NCBI GenBank assembly: GCA_965649225.1
Contig: CBFGJX010000004.1
Coordinates: 1 to 64,000 of the forward strand
Source: a candidate division WOR-3 bacterium
GTDB lineage: Bacteria; Hydrothermota; Tepidihabitantia; Tepidihabitantales; Tepidihabitantaceae
DNA: 64,000 nucleotides
Direction of reading: 5' to 3'
Program-made: the position numbers and the translations under genes
The notes under the pieces: generated by a model
What the model saw: only the letters and a program-made list of their open reading frames with translations
Databases searched by the model: none
What the model was told of the DNA's origin: nothing
Shown: one piece after another, positions 8,718-18,762 of the stretch
How the letters are laid out: the number at the start of each line of letters is the position of its first letter
Position numbering within the stretch: the first letter of the stretch is position 1

Positions 8718-10433
8718 TCAGCGCAGCAGTATCGGGTTGAGCTGAACGGCTCGTTCGATTGCCTCTACCGCCTTGTCGGGCTGGCCGATGTCGCGGTAGA
8801 CAATGCCCATGTTGTGCCAGGCGCCGGCGTGTTTGGGGTTTGCCTTGACGGCAGCGTTGTATGCGGCAAGAGCCTGATTCAGTTCGTTACGGCCGTAGTA
8901 AGCCTGCCCGAGGTTGTACCAGGCACCGGCGAAATTGGGCGAAAGCCGTACTGCTTCGCGGTAGGCGTCAATCGCATGCTGAAGCTCGGTGGCCTTTTCG
9001 CCGATGCCGCGTCGGGGATCGGGAGAATACTGGGCACGTTCAAGATACAGGTTGCCGAGATTGTAGTAGGCCTCGACATAGTCGGGCCGCTGGCGTACCG
9101 CCTCGCGGTAGGCAACGGCGGCTTTGCCGAGCTCGCCTGAGCGTTGAAGAGCCAGCCCAAGGTTGTTGAGCGCTTCGGCATAATCCGGCCGGCGGTCGAT
9201 GGCCTTGCGATAGTGGGCGATCGCGTCAGACCAGCGATTCAGCACCATGTAGGCGTTGCCCTGGACCAGGTAGGCATCAGTCAGCGTCGGATCGAGCTGG
9301 AGCGCAAGCGTACACTGTTCGATGGCTTCTTTGGGCTTGCCATCACCGAGCAGACATTGACCGAGAATCTGGTGCGCCTCAGCAAGGTTGGGTTTCATCC
9401 CCAGTACCCAGTTGGCAACGCGGATACCGTTGCCGAACTGCTTGTAGTTGGCATAGCCCCGGGCCAGCCGGGTGTAACCGAGCACAAAGACATCGGCCAG
9501 CGAAAGGCGGGCGGCCCGCGGCGGTGTTGGCTCGGGGTCACGGCGGAACGGGCTCCAGTAGGCGATGGTACTGCCTCCGAAACCAATCTCGAGCCAGAGC
9601 GTGCCGCCGGACAGCAAGAACCTGACTTCCAGACCGAGCTTGGCGGCGATGATGGCGTCGCACACCGACAGGCCAAAATCGTCACCGGTGCCACCAGGCC
9701 GCAGTCCGAGATAGCCGTCGACAACCTGAGTAAGCAGAAAGGACCGACCCTGGCGTACCGACGAACGGCGCCAGAGTGCGTCGCGGACCACCTTCAAGAG
9801 CTTGGCTTTCTGTTCGCGCCGCAGACTCGCGATGCCGTCAACGCTCATCAAATCGAGGATGTCGGCAGCGTCGTCAGTTTCGGTCACCGCTTCGAAAAGC
9901 TCCTCGATGCGGTCACCATACTTGAGCAGATCTTCGTGTGGCCGTACACCGGCGAGGAGCAGGCTACCATAGCCGAGTGCGGTCGCCAGGCCCATCTCGG
10001 CTTCGATGTCAGCAATGCCACGCAGGAAGCGCTCCGGTGTGCTGGTCAGGTAGTGGGGCGAGAATTCGGGCGAGCAGGCGAGTTCAAGATAGCGGTCACC
10101 TTCGTTGCCGGGCAGGATGCCCAGTGCCCGCTGGGTAAGAAACGTCAGTTCGATTTCGGCCAGCTGGACACAGCCGGCTTTGGCATAGGCGATCAAAGCC
10201 TCGGCCTGAGCGCGGCACTGTTCGAGGTGTCGCTGCAGCGGCGAAAGGCTGGCGAATTCCTCCTGAGTATAGGCGATCAGTGTGCCGAAATGCCGGCGCA
10301 GTCGGCAGCGCCAGCCAGTCAGGGCAGCGGTGTGGTTGGCGGGCAGCCGGGCCGGATAGTTCTGTGCTTCGGTCGACAGCGTAGCGTCTACCTGTCGGAC
10401 CGCCAGTCCAAGTTTGATGTCAAATGATGCCAT
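8718..10433 (-). CDS. TPR-repeat protein with uncharacterised (possibly SirB1/transglutaminase-like) N-terminal region
   Basis: Clear TPRs (AEALNNLGLAL, EAYYNLGNLY, GAWYNLGQAY, GAWHNMGIVY); promoter TTGACC-17-TATAAT at 10549-10521. Confidence 0.8.
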   Translation of the reverse strand: MASFDIKLGLAVRQVDATLSTEAQNYPARLPANHTAALTGWRCRLRRHFGTLIAYTQEEFASLSPLQRHLEQCRAQAEALIAYAKAGCVQLAEIELTFLTQRALGILPGNEGDRYLELACSPEFSPHYLTSTPERFLRGIADIEAEMGLATALGYGSLLLAGVRPHEDLLKYGDRIEELFEAVTETDDAADILDLMSVDGIASLRREQKAKLLKVVRDALWRRSSVRQGRSFLLTQVVDGYLGLRPGGTGDDFGLSVCDAIIAAKLGLEVRFLLSGGTLWLEIGFGGSTIAYWSPFRRDPEPTPPRAARLSLADVFVLGYTRLARGYANYKQFGNGIRVANWVLGMKPNLAEAHQILGQCLLGDGKPKEAIEQCTLALQLDPTLTDAYLVQGNAYMVLNRWSDAIAHYRKAIDRRPDYAEALNNLGLALQRSGELGKAAVAYREAVRQRPDYVEAYYNLGNLYLERAQYSPDPRRGIGEKATELQHAIDAYREAVRLSPNFAGAWYNLGQAYYGRNELNQALAAYNAAVKANPKHAGAWHNMGIVYRDIGQPDKAVEAIERAVQLNPILLR

Positions 10434-10640
10434 TCAGGTTCAGTATCCAGCATATTGCCCCTGATGCGACGCTCTCACTTGGCCAGTCCGCCGCAACCAA
10501 GGGAGGAAAAACTCTAATAAATTATAGCGCTACAGGTGCCGTTGGTCAAAACAAACCGTTCCGAGTGTCAGCCACACGGCTGGCGGCGCGGGCGGCAGTG
10601 GCGGCTTGACGGGTCTAGCGGTCGACAATATAGTCGGCTG

Positions 10641-12065
10641 ATGGCCGGTCGACGATGGCTGAGTGTTCTTGCGCTGGTGACGACAGCGGTGGCGCAGCAG
10701 GTTTTCGTTGATACGCTCGGCTGGACAGTTCGCGACCGTCAGGCTGCCGGACCGGCGGTGCGGTTGCTGGCCGGGGACCGTGTGTCCGGTTGGCATGCCT
10801 GCTGGAAGGACTCAGTGGGCGAGATTCGTTACAACTACCGTCCGGCGAATGGCGGCTGGCGGTGGGAGAACGGGGTTGCGGTGAATGCCGAACCACGCAA
10901 TCTCGGATGTCTTGACTATGACATCAGTCGTGGTCGGGCGCTGATAACTGGCGACTTTCTTTATCGGGCCCGGCCGGCAGCGGTGGTCTTCTCTGACACC
11001 GGCCGAGGCACAGGGGTTTTCGTCGAAACCCCGCTGCCGCCGGGCTTCCGGCCGGCACTGGTTGGTGCCGCAAACTACGGGTACACCAAGTTTGCAGCCT
11101 TGCGCAACGATACTCTTTTCTTCTGTTCCTATCTGGGCGGGCAGCGGATTGGTCCGGTTGGCCCCCGGCCGGCATTCGCACTGGCGGTATCCAAGCAGTC
11201 GGGACGGTACGGTTGTCTCTGGGCAGTCGGCATCGGTGAGAGTACCGGTCGGCTCTGTCTGAAGCAGACGCCCAACAACGGTGCCAGCTGGTATGCGACA
11301 GTGACGCTCACCGACTCGGTACCATCGACAATGAACCGTTCGCTGCTGGGGGCTAACGGTGCCTATGACAGTATCCGACTTCATGTTGTTGCCGACTTCT
11401 ACGACGGCAGCGATGTCAATCAGAGTGAAATCTGGCACTACTGCCCTGCCAATTCTCCGCCTTGGAGTCTGGTTCAGCGTTGTCAACTGAGTCCGGAGGT
11501 TCGGATAGGAGACAACGCGCTGGCGGCCGGCCGTCCGAGTATTGGAATCGATCGCCGCAGCGGAGACCGCTACGTTGTCTGGGAGCAGTTTGACCCGGAT
11601 AACCCCGACCCTCTGACCAGGTTGGCCCGGGCGGGTATCTGGGCAGCACGGTCAACCGACCGCGGGCTGAACTGGGGTCCGCCGGTTCGGCTGACTCCCC
11701 CGGACAGCACTTCGAAACGGTTTCCCTATGTTGCCGAAGCCGTCGGCGATACGCTGATGATTATCTGTTTTGCCGATCGTGTCGCCGGCTTCTCGGAAAA
11801 CGGCCAGGGTCCGGTGACACGCAATCCGGTGTTGTGTCTGCGGGTGCCGGCGACCAGCCTGCCTACAGCTTTGCCGGAAGGACCGACGCTGAGCGGGTGG
11901 TCCGGTTCGCGCCCGGCGACAACGGTTGTCTCGCCCCTGGCGTTGACTGAACGCACGGTGCTGTTCGATGTGACAGGTCGGCAGGTGCCGGTCCGGGCCG
12001 GTCTGCCGAACGGGGTATACATTGTCGGCAGGACCGGGCAGAATCGTGCCGTGCTGGTCAAATAG
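10641..12065 (+). CDS. Secreted beta-rich protein with BNR/Asp-box-like motifs and short C-terminal sorting-like tail
   Basis: Signal peptide; TPNNGASW and STDRGLNW; tail FDVTGRQV...GVYIV; TTGACG-17-TATAGT 6 nt before ATG 10641. Confidence 0.7.
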   Translation: MAGRRWLSVLALVTTAVAQQVFVDTLGWTVRDRQAAGPAVRLLAGDRVSGWHACWKDSVGEIRYNYRPANGGWRWENGVAVNAEPRNLGCLDYDISRGRALITGDFLYRARPAAVVFSDTGRGTGVFVETPLPPGFRPALVGAANYGYTKFAALRNDTLFFCSYLGGQRIGPVGPRPAFALAVSKQSGRYGCLWAVGIGESTGRLCLKQTPNNGASWYATVTLTDSVPSTMNRSLLGANGAYDSIRLHVVADFYDGSDVNQSEIWHYCPANSPPWSLVQRCQLSPEVRIGDNALAAGRPSIGIDRRSGDRYVVWEQFDPDNPDPLTRLARAGIWAARSTDRGLNWGPPVRLTPPDSTSKRFPYVAEAVGDTLMIICFADRVAGFSENGQGPVTRNPVLCLRVPATSLPTALPEGPTLSGWSGSRPATTVVSPLALTERTVLFDVTGRQVPVRAGLPNGVYIVGRTGQNRAVLVK

Positions 12066-12134
12066 AATCGTTGATAGTTGACACCGTCAACCGCAGCGTT
12101 ATTCTGAGCAAGAACATATTGCACTGGAGGAAAG

Positions 12135-12323
12135 TTGGCCAAACATTGCGAGATTTGCGGCAAAGTCGGCTCTGTCGGCATGAACGTCAGCCACGCTCAT
12201 AATCGTACCAAGCGCACTTGGGAGCCGAATCTCCAGCGGGTCAAGGCCAAGGATGGCCAGACAACACGACGGATCTGGGTCTGCACCCGCTGTCTGCGTT
12301 CGGGCAAGGTGACCAAAGCCTGA
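12135..12323 (+). CDS. rpmB: 50S ribosomal protein L28
   Basis: CEICGK...VSHAHNRTKRTWEPNLQ...CTRC; GGAGG SD; promoter TTGACA-16-TATTCT at 12078-12105. Confidence 0.97.
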   Translation: MAKHCEICGKVGSVGMNVSHAHNRTKRTWEPNLQRVKAKDGQTTRRIWVCTRCLRSGKVTKA

Positions 12324-12343
12324 TCGGTCAGGAAGTGTCAGCA

Positions 12344-13300
12344 ATGACTCGATGTCTGATAACCGGCATCACCGGTTTTGCCGGCAGTCACCTTGCCGAG
12401 TACCTGCTGGAACGTGGCGACTGCGAGGTACATGGGATTCTGCGCTGGCGTGCCCGGACAGAACACATCGAAGGGATTCGCAACCGGATTCACCTGCACC
12501 ACTGCGACATTCGCGACCTGACTGCGATGACCGAGGTCATCCGGGCGGTCCAGCCTGACCGAATCTGGCACTTGGCCGCGCAGAGTTTTGTGCCGATGTC
12601 GTGGATCGCGCCAGCCGAGACCTTGACAACCAATGTTGTCGGCCAGTCCAATCTGCTTGAAGCAGTCCGGGCCGTCGGTTGCAAGGCAAGGATTCAGATT
12701 GCCGGTTCCAGCGAGGAGTATGGGCTGGTGAAGCCGGACGAGACACCGATAACCGAGGAAAATCCACTGCGGCCGTTGTCGCCCTATGGCGTCAGCAAAG
12801 TCGCTCAGGACCTGATGGGTTATCAGTACCACCAGAGCTACGGGATGTTTATCGTTCGGACCCGTGCTTTCAACCATACCGGTCCGCGGCGGGGAGAGGT
12901 GTTCGTTACATCCAATTTCGCCCGGCAGATTGCCGAGATCGAGAAGGGCATCCGTCCGCCGGTAATCCGGGTTGGCAATCTCGAGGCGGTGCGTGATTTC
13001 ACCGACGTGCGCGATACGGTTGTCGCTTACTGGCTGGTGCTGGAACACGGGCGACCGGGTGAGGTCTACAACATTGCTACCGGCCGGGGTTGGCGCATCC
13101 GGGAGATGCTCGATATTCTGCTGTCGATTGCCCGAGTCAAGGTGACGGTTGAACCTGATCCGGCGCGGATGCGGCCCAGCGACGTTGAACTGCTGATTGG
13201 CAGCCCGGCCAAGGTTGAGCGTGAGACTGGCTGGCAGCGGCGTTACTCGTTTGAGCAGACGATGAACGACCTGCTCGAATACTGGCGCGCCCGGGTGTGA
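12344..13300 (+). CDS. GDP-mannose 4,6-dehydratase / Rmd-like extended SDR
   Basis: GITGFAGSHL, HLAAQSFV, GSSEEYG, SPYGVSK, RAFNHTGPRR, GNLEAVRDF. Confidence 0.88.
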   Translation: MTRCLITGITGFAGSHLAEYLLERGDCEVHGILRWRARTEHIEGIRNRIHLHHCDIRDLTAMTEVIRAVQPDRIWHLAAQSFVPMSWIAPAETLTTNVVGQSNLLEAVRAVGCKARIQIAGSSEEYGLVKPDETPITEENPLRPLSPYGVSKVAQDLMGYQYHQSYGMFIVRTRAFNHTGPRRGEVFVTSNFARQIAEIEKGIRPPVIRVGNLEAVRDFTDVRDTVVAYWLVLEHGRPGEVYNIATGRGWRIREMLDILLSIARVKVTVEPDPARMRPSDVELLIGSPAKVERETGWQRRYSFEQTMNDLLEYWRARV

Positions 13301-14241
13301 GCCGAGTCCTTATCACCGGCATCGAAGGTTTCGTCGGCGGGCACCTCGCCCGCCGACTGCACGACAGCGGTCACGACGTCGTCGGTATCCACTACGCCGA
13401 CCCGCCCGAAGGACTGCCGGCACGTCTGTTGCACGGCGACGTACGCCTTTTCCCGCTGCTACGGCTGCTGGTTCGAGCGGCAGAGCCGGACCGGGTGGTT
13501 CATCTGGCGGGGCTGTCGTCGGTCGCCACTTCCGAAACGCGGGCCGCCGACACCTGGAACATCAATGCCACCGGGACGTTCAACCTGCTGGAGTCAGTCC
13601 GGCAGCTTGGCAGGGAGTGCCGGGTGCTGGTGATTTCGTCGGCGGATGTTTATGGCCGGTCGAATGTCGGTGCGCCGCTCGACGAAACCGCGCCGGTGCA
13701 GCCGCTCAGCCCCTATGCATTGAGCAAGCAGGCAGCGGAAGACATCGCGCGGTTCTATCACCGTGCCTACGGTACCCAGTGCATCATTCTGCGGCCGTTC
13801 AGCCACACTGGTCCGGGTCAGGCGCCGAATTTCGTTTTCCCGAAGGTGGCGCACGCTATCGCCCAGATTGAGGCCGGACGCCGGGAGGCGGTCATCGAAA
13901 TGGGCAACCTTGATGTTCGGCGCGATTACACCGATGTGCGCGATGTCGTTCGTGCCTACGAACTGGCGCTTGAACACTGCGTACCGGGCGAGACCTACAA
14001 TGTCACTTCGGGCCGGCCGGTGCTGATTCGCGAAGTGGTCAACGCGCTGTGTGCCCGGTCGCGGGTGCCGGTTGAGGTACGGACGGCGGAAGCGATGAAG
14101 CGTGGCCGCGACATCCCGGTATTGACCGGCAACCCAACCAAGTTCCAGACTGCGACCGGCTGGCAGCCGTCGATACCGTTCGAGCAGACCATCGTTGACC
14201 TGCTGGAGTACTGGCGGGCACAGGTGGGATGCGCGGCCTGA
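13297..14241 (+). CDS. GDP-4-keto-6-deoxy-mannose reductase-like extended SDR
   Basis: GIEGFVGGHL, SSADVYG, SPYALSK, RPFSHTGPGQ, GNLDVRRDYTD; paralogous to the upstream gene. Confidence 0.8.
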   Translation: MSRVLITGIEGFVGGHLARRLHDSGHDVVGIHYADPPEGLPARLLHGDVRLFPLLRLLVRAAEPDRVVHLAGLSSVATSETRAADTWNINATGTFNLLESVRQLGRECRVLVISSADVYGRSNVGAPLDETAPVQPLSPYALSKQAAEDIARFYHRAYGTQCIILRPFSHTGPGQAPNFVFPKVAHAIAQIEAGRREAVIEMGNLDVRRDYTDVRDVVRAYELALEHCVPGETYNVTSGRPVLIREVVNALCARSRVPVEVRTAEAMKRGRDIPVLTGNPTKFQTATGWQPSIPFEQTIVDLLEYWRAQVGCAA

Positions 14242-14270
14242 CTGACCGGGGCGCAACTGGGACACCGCCG

Positions 14271-15155
14271 GTGAAGCTGGCGGTGGTAATTGTTAGCTGG
14301 AACAGCGCCGAGGACATCGAGGCCTGCCTTGCCACCCTGAACTTCGCCGGCGACTTTGAGGTCGTGGTCGTGGACAATGCCTCGACCGACCGGACAGCGG
14401 AGATCGTTGCCGGCTGGCACAATGTCCGGTTAATCAGCAACCCGCACAACTACGGCTATGCCCGTGCCAGCAATCAGGGCATTGCTGCGACGACCGGGGA
14501 GTACGTGCTGCTGCTCAACCCCGATACCCGGCTGGAGCTGGGCACGATCGACCGGCTGGTTGAGTGTCTCGAGGGGCGGCCCGATATTGCCGCCGTGGCG
14601 CCGCGACTGGTCAACCCGGACGGTACGACCCAGCGGTCAATCCGTTCTTTTCCGAGCGCGGGCCGGGTTTTGAGCGAGATTTGCGGGCTGGCGCGATTGT
14701 TTCCCCGCAGTCAGCGGCTGGGTGGCTGGCTGCTGCGCAATTTCGATTACGACCGCGATGCGCTGGTCGACCAGCCGATGGCATCCTGTCTGTTGTTGCG
14801 GCGGACAGTACTGGAAGAACTGGGCGGCTTCGACGAACAGTTTCCGATTTTCTACAACGATGTCGATCTGTCGCGCCGGATGGCTGACGCCGGGTATCGG
14901 ACGTTGTATCTGAGTTCGGTGCCGGTGGTCCACCGGCGCGGGGCCAGTACCGGCCGGGTGCGCGCGAGGATGATCCGCGAGTCGCACCGCTCGCTTTTCC
15001 GCTACCTTGCCAAACACGATCGTTCGGGCTGGTTCTGGCTCAAGGCCGTCTGGTTGCTGCCGTTGCTGGTAGTGACCGCTGAACTGCGGGTGCTGGCGTG
15101 GCGTCTGACAGCCCGAAAACAAGCACGGAAGACCGTCATCCGGCCCGAGCAGTAG
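14271..15155 (+). CDS. Glycosyltransferase family 2 (WbbL-like)
   Basis: VIVSWN, VVVDNASTD, LLLNPD, GGFDEQF..YNDVDL. Confidence 0.9.
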   Translation: MKLAVVIVSWNSAEDIEACLATLNFAGDFEVVVVDNASTDRTAEIVAGWHNVRLISNPHNYGYARASNQGIAATTGEYVLLLNPDTRLELGTIDRLVECLEGRPDIAAVAPRLVNPDGTTQRSIRSFPSAGRVLSEICGLARLFPRSQRLGGWLLRNFDYDRDALVDQPMASCLLLRRTVLEELGGFDEQFPIFYNDVDLSRRMADAGYRTLYLSSVPVVHRRGASTGRVRARMIRESHRSLFRYLAKHDRSGWFWLKAVWLLPLLVVTAELRVLAWRLTARKQARKTVIRPEQ

Positions 15156-15195
15156 TCGTCGCCAACGGCAAGGCCCGGCAGTCGAGATTTCCCGA

Positions 15196-16926
15196 TCAGT
15201 CGCGGACCGTCAGTCGGGAGCTGCCGGTTTCGGTGCGGAGCAGATAGACTCCGGCACCGAGGTCGGACGGCAGCCGGAGACTGCCGCCGACAGCATCAAG
15301 GCGGACGCTGGTGCGTCCGAGTACGTCGAAGAGTACCATGGTCGGGTTATGGCTGATGCCGGCAAGCCGGACGCTACCGCCTCGACGGACAATGCTGGGC
15401 CGGACCGTCAGCTGCGGCAGCCGGCTTGACCGGTTTTCGTCGCCGATGGCGGTCAGCGCCGGCCGGTAGAGGCCGGTGCGAGCCATGTCGAACTGATAAG
15501 TCGGCCATTCCCAGCTGGATCGGCTGAACGGCACGCCGGCTTCCCAGATGGTGATGTGGGTGAATCCGGCATGAGACGAAACCGCGACAATGTCAAGCGA
15601 GTCGTCGCCGTCAACGTCGGCAACATTGGGGCCGTTGAGATAGGTGAAGCCCCAGGGCCGGAGCGGAAACCCGTTGACCGGCTGACCGTTGTGGTGGAGA
15701 GCATAGACAAAACCAAGTGAATCGGCGCTGGTTATGCGGTTGCTGGTGAAGATGATTTCCATGTCGTTGTCGCCGTCGATGTCAGCAACGGTCAGGTTCG
15801 GTTCGTTGGAGCCGGTTTCAGACACAAACGGGAAGCCGCTGAGCGGGTTGCCGTTGTCATCGTAGGCGTGGAGTACCGGGGTAAAACCGGAGACGCCGGC
15901 GGAGGTGCCACAGATTACCTTGAGGTCACCGTCACGGTAGAGGTCGCAGACAGTCGGCGGGCAGTAGGTCCAGTAACCATAGATCTGGGGCCAGCCGGGC
16001 TGAACCCGGCCATCGTGGCGGAATACGATGCAGGAACCGCCTTCCTTGTGCATCGCGGTGATGATTTCCAGCGTGTCGTCGCCGTCGATGTCGGCCAGTG
16101 CCGGTGACTGGTAACTCCAGTTGCGGTTGTTGGGCATCGTCACCGGCCAGCCGGGCCGCAGGTTGCCGGCGGCGTTGAAGACATACATTGAGTTGTAAGA
16201 ACACTGGACAATCTCGACTGTGCCGTCACCATCGATGTCGCCGGCGGCAGCGCCGGTGGCCGGTACGTGATCGAGTGCCGCGGGCCAGCTGCCAGGCTGA
16301 ATCCGGCCGTCGTGGCGGACGACATAGAGGTAACCTAGACTGCCACGGCGCTCGCAGATTATGACTTCCAGCGTGTCGTCGCTGTCAACGTCAACAAGGG
16401 TTGGCGATTCATTGAAGTAGCCGTTGCCGCCGCGAAACGGCCAGCCGGGCAGTATCGTTCCATTGTCCCGGAAGACATAGACCGGTCCGTCACCGGAAAC
16501 GAAAGAACGGGTGCCGACCGCGATTTCGAGCCGGCCGTCACGGTTGATGTCGGCCACTGCCGCCGGATACTGGCAGGAATCGACGCCGATGTTCACCGGC
16601 CAGCCGGGAAAGGCGGTACCGTCGTAGCGCCAGACATATACCCGGCCGTCGCCGCCGGTGTGAATCACTTCCTGCCGACTGTCAGAGTCGAGGTCGGCAA
16701 GGGCGATGCCCCGGGACGGGCTGTACCAGCCGGCCGGGACAACTTTGGGCCAGCCCGGCATCAGCGGCAGGTCAAAAGTCGGGGCCGGTGGAATTTCGAC
16801 TTCGGCCGGGCTGATTGTGGCGACGAGCGGACAGTCGGACGCCGGCCCGGTGACGGTCATTTCCAGCGCCGGGACTGCCGCTGACGCAGCAGTACAAAGG
16901 CAAGCAGCCAGCACGATCAGCTTCAT
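15196..16926 (-). CDS. Secreted FG-GAP/VCBS repeat protein with C-terminal sorting-like tail
   Basis: About seven DxDGDxxLEI repeats with G..LPGWP; signal peptide after GGAGGT SD; tail FDVLGR...GVYLL. Confidence 0.85.
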   Translation of the reverse strand: MKLIVLAACLCTAASAAVPALEMTVTGPASDCPLVATISPAEVEIPPAPTFDLPLMPGWPKVVPAGWYSPSRGIALADLDSDSRQEVIHTGGDGRVYVWRYDGTAFPGWPVNIGVDSCQYPAAVADINRDGRLEIAVGTRSFVSGDGPVYVFRDNGTILPGWPFRGGNGYFNESPTLVDVDSDDTLEVIICERRGSLGYLYVVRHDGRIQPGSWPAALDHVPATGAAAGDIDGDGTVEIVQCSYNSMYVFNAAGNLRPGWPVTMPNNRNWSYQSPALADIDGDDTLEIITAMHKEGGSCIVFRHDGRVQPGWPQIYGYWTYCPPTVCDLYRDGDLKVICGTSAGVSGFTPVLHAYDDNGNPLSGFPFVSETGSNEPNLTVADIDGDNDMEIIFTSNRITSADSLGFVYALHHNGQPVNGFPLRPWGFTYLNGPNVADVDGDDSLDIVAVSSHAGFTHITIWEAGVPFSRSSWEWPTYQFDMARTGLYRPALTAIGDENRSSRLPQLTVRPSIVRRGGSVRLAGISHNPTMVLFDVLGRTSVRLDAVGGSLRLPSDLGAGVYLLRTETGSSRLTVRD

Positions 16927-17068
16927 CGATACCTCCAGAGACTCGTGTTGTTTTGGGACAGTGTAGGCGGTAACGGTCTCTTGGCAACTGCGAAAAACGG
17001 CTGAAAGGTGGTTGACTTGGCGGCAGGGAATTCTATAATGCGGTGCCGCCCTGACCGACCGGGTTTGT

Positions 17069-17150
17069 GCCGGGGTGGTGGAATTGGCAGACACGCTTGG
17101 TTGAGGGCCAAGTGCTTAACAGCATGCAGGTTCAAATCCTGTCCCCGGCA
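17069..17150 (+). tRNA. tRNA-Leu(GAG)
   Basis: Acceptor GCCGGGG/CCCCGGC, anticodon arm CTTGG-TTGAGGG-CCAAG, long variable arm, GGTTCAAATCC; promoter TTGACT-16-TATAAT at 17012-17039. Confidence 0.95.
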
Positions 17151-17158
17151 TTCCTGCC

Positions 17159-18340
17159 TTGACTTCCCGCGCAATCATACTGGTGCTCGATGGCGTCGGC
17201 GCCGGTGAGCTGCCGGATGCCGACATGTTCGGCGATGTCGGGTCGAACACGCTCGGCAATCTGGCGCGGGCAATGGGTGGTCTGCATCTGCCCAACCTGC
17301 AGCGGCTGGGACTGGGCAACATCATTCCAATCAAAGGTGTCCCACCGGAGCGGGAGCCGGCTGGTGCTTGGGGATTGCTGGCGGAACGTTCGGCGGGCAA
17401 GGATTCGACCACTGGTCACTGGGAAATTGCCGGTGTGATAACCGCGAGGCCGTTTCCGGTTTTTCCCAACGGCTTCCCGTCCGAGCTGATTGAGTGCATT
17501 GAGAACCGGTTCGGCCGGAAAGTGATTGGAAACTGTGCGGCCTCGGGGACCGAGATTATCGAGCGGTTGGGCTCGGAGCATCTTGCGACCGGTCGGCCGA
17601 TTGTTTACACGTCGGCTGACAGCGTACTTCAGATTGCCTGTCACGAGTCGGTGATGAGCCCGGCCGAGCTGCACCGGGTCTGCGCCCGCATCCGTGCCGA
17701 ACTGCAGGGTGCGTGGCGGGTGGGACGGGTGATTGCCCGGCCGTTTGTTGGTGAGCCGGGTTCGTTCCGGCGCACTGCGGCCCGGCGCGATTTTTCCTGT
17801 CCGCCACCGGAAGGCACCCTGCTGGACAACTGTCTGGCGGCGGGGCTGGAGGTGACGGCGATTGGCAAAGTTGACGATCTGTTCGCCGGCCGGGGCTTCA
17901 CCCGGTCGCGCCATTCAACCGACAACCGCGAATGCATCGAGATACTGCTGGCAACACTGGCCAGTCAGTCGGGCGGACTGATTTTCGCCAATCTGGTTCA
18001 GTTCGATACTGACTGGGGACACCGCAACGACTGCCGGGGTTTTGCCGCCGGGCTGGCCGAGCTGGACGGTCGGATACCGGCACTCCTGGATGCGCTGGCG
18101 GCCGATGACTGGTTGTTCATCACCGCCGATCACGGCAACGACCCGACGACGCCATCGACTGACCATTCCCGTGAGTACGCACCGCTGCTGGTTCTGGGCC
18201 GGCGGTGCCGGTCCGGGGTCAATCTGGGCCGGCGCAGCAGCTTTGCCGATGTCGGTCAGACCTGCGCCGAACTGCTCGGTGTCAGCCCGACGCCGGCGGG
18301 ACAGAGTTTCTGGCCGGAAATCTCCGGGAGGCAAGGATGA
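17159..18340 (+). CDS. deoB: Phosphopentomutase
   Basis: LVLDGVGAG, GKDSTTGHWE, YTSADSV, RVIARPF, TADHGNDPT...DHSRE. Confidence 0.95.
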   Translation: MTSRAIILVLDGVGAGELPDADMFGDVGSNTLGNLARAMGGLHLPNLQRLGLGNIIPIKGVPPEREPAGAWGLLAERSAGKDSTTGHWEIAGVITARPFPVFPNGFPSELIECIENRFGRKVIGNCAASGTEIIERLGSEHLATGRPIVYTSADSVLQIACHESVMSPAELHRVCARIRAELQGAWRVGRVIARPFVGEPGSFRRTAARRDFSCPPPEGTLLDNCLAAGLEVTAIGKVDDLFAGRGFTRSRHSTDNRECIEILLATLASQSGGLIFANLVQFDTDWGHRNDCRGFAAGLAELDGRIPALLDALAADDWLFITADHGNDPTTPSTDHSREYAPLLVLGRRCRSGVNLGRRSSFADVGQTCAELLGVSPTPAGQSFWPEISGRQG

Positions 18341-18762
18341 ACAGAGTCTGGCGGGAGCGAATGTTGCGCGCCGCGGTCCGGGCGGTCCGTAACGCCTATG
18401 CGCCATATTCCGGTTTCCGGGTCGGAGCCGCCGTGCTGAGTGGTTCCAACCGGATTTTTTCGGGAACCAATATCGAGAACAGTTCGTTCGGGCTGACAGT
18501 CTGTGCCGAGCGGGTGGCGCTCTGGAAGGCGGTCGCTGCCGGCGAGCGAACAATCAAGGCGGTGCTGGTCTATACCGATACCGACGACCTCACCCCGCCG
18601 TGCGGTGCGTGTCGGCAGGTTATTTTTGAGTTCAGTGCCGATGCCGAGATAGTAATGACCAATGGCCGTCGGACTGAGACCTGCCGGTTAGCGGAATTGC
18701 TCCCGGCAGGATTCCGGCTGAAGAACCGGCATCAGGCGATGCGATCCAGCCCGCCCAGGTAA
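18337..18762 (+). CDS. cdd: Cytidine deaminase
   Basis: AYAPYSGFRVGAA, NIENSSFGLTVCAER, PCGACRQ; ATGA overlap with deoB. Confidence 0.95.
   Translation: MNRVWRERMLRAAVRAVRNAYAPYSGFRVGAAVLSGSNRIFSGTNIENSSFGLTVCAERVALWKAVAAGERTIKAVLVYTDTDDLTPPCGACRQVIFEFSADAEIVMTNGRRTETCRLAELLPAGFRLKNRHQAMRSSPPR

Noticed and set aside
9144..10427. 427-aa plus-strand ORF
   Set aside because: Antisense shadow of the TPR gene; no motifs; expected in high-GC DNA
18732..18762. 31-nt convergent overlap of cdd and serS
   Set aside because: Short tail overlaps are common in compact high-GC genomes; no sign of function
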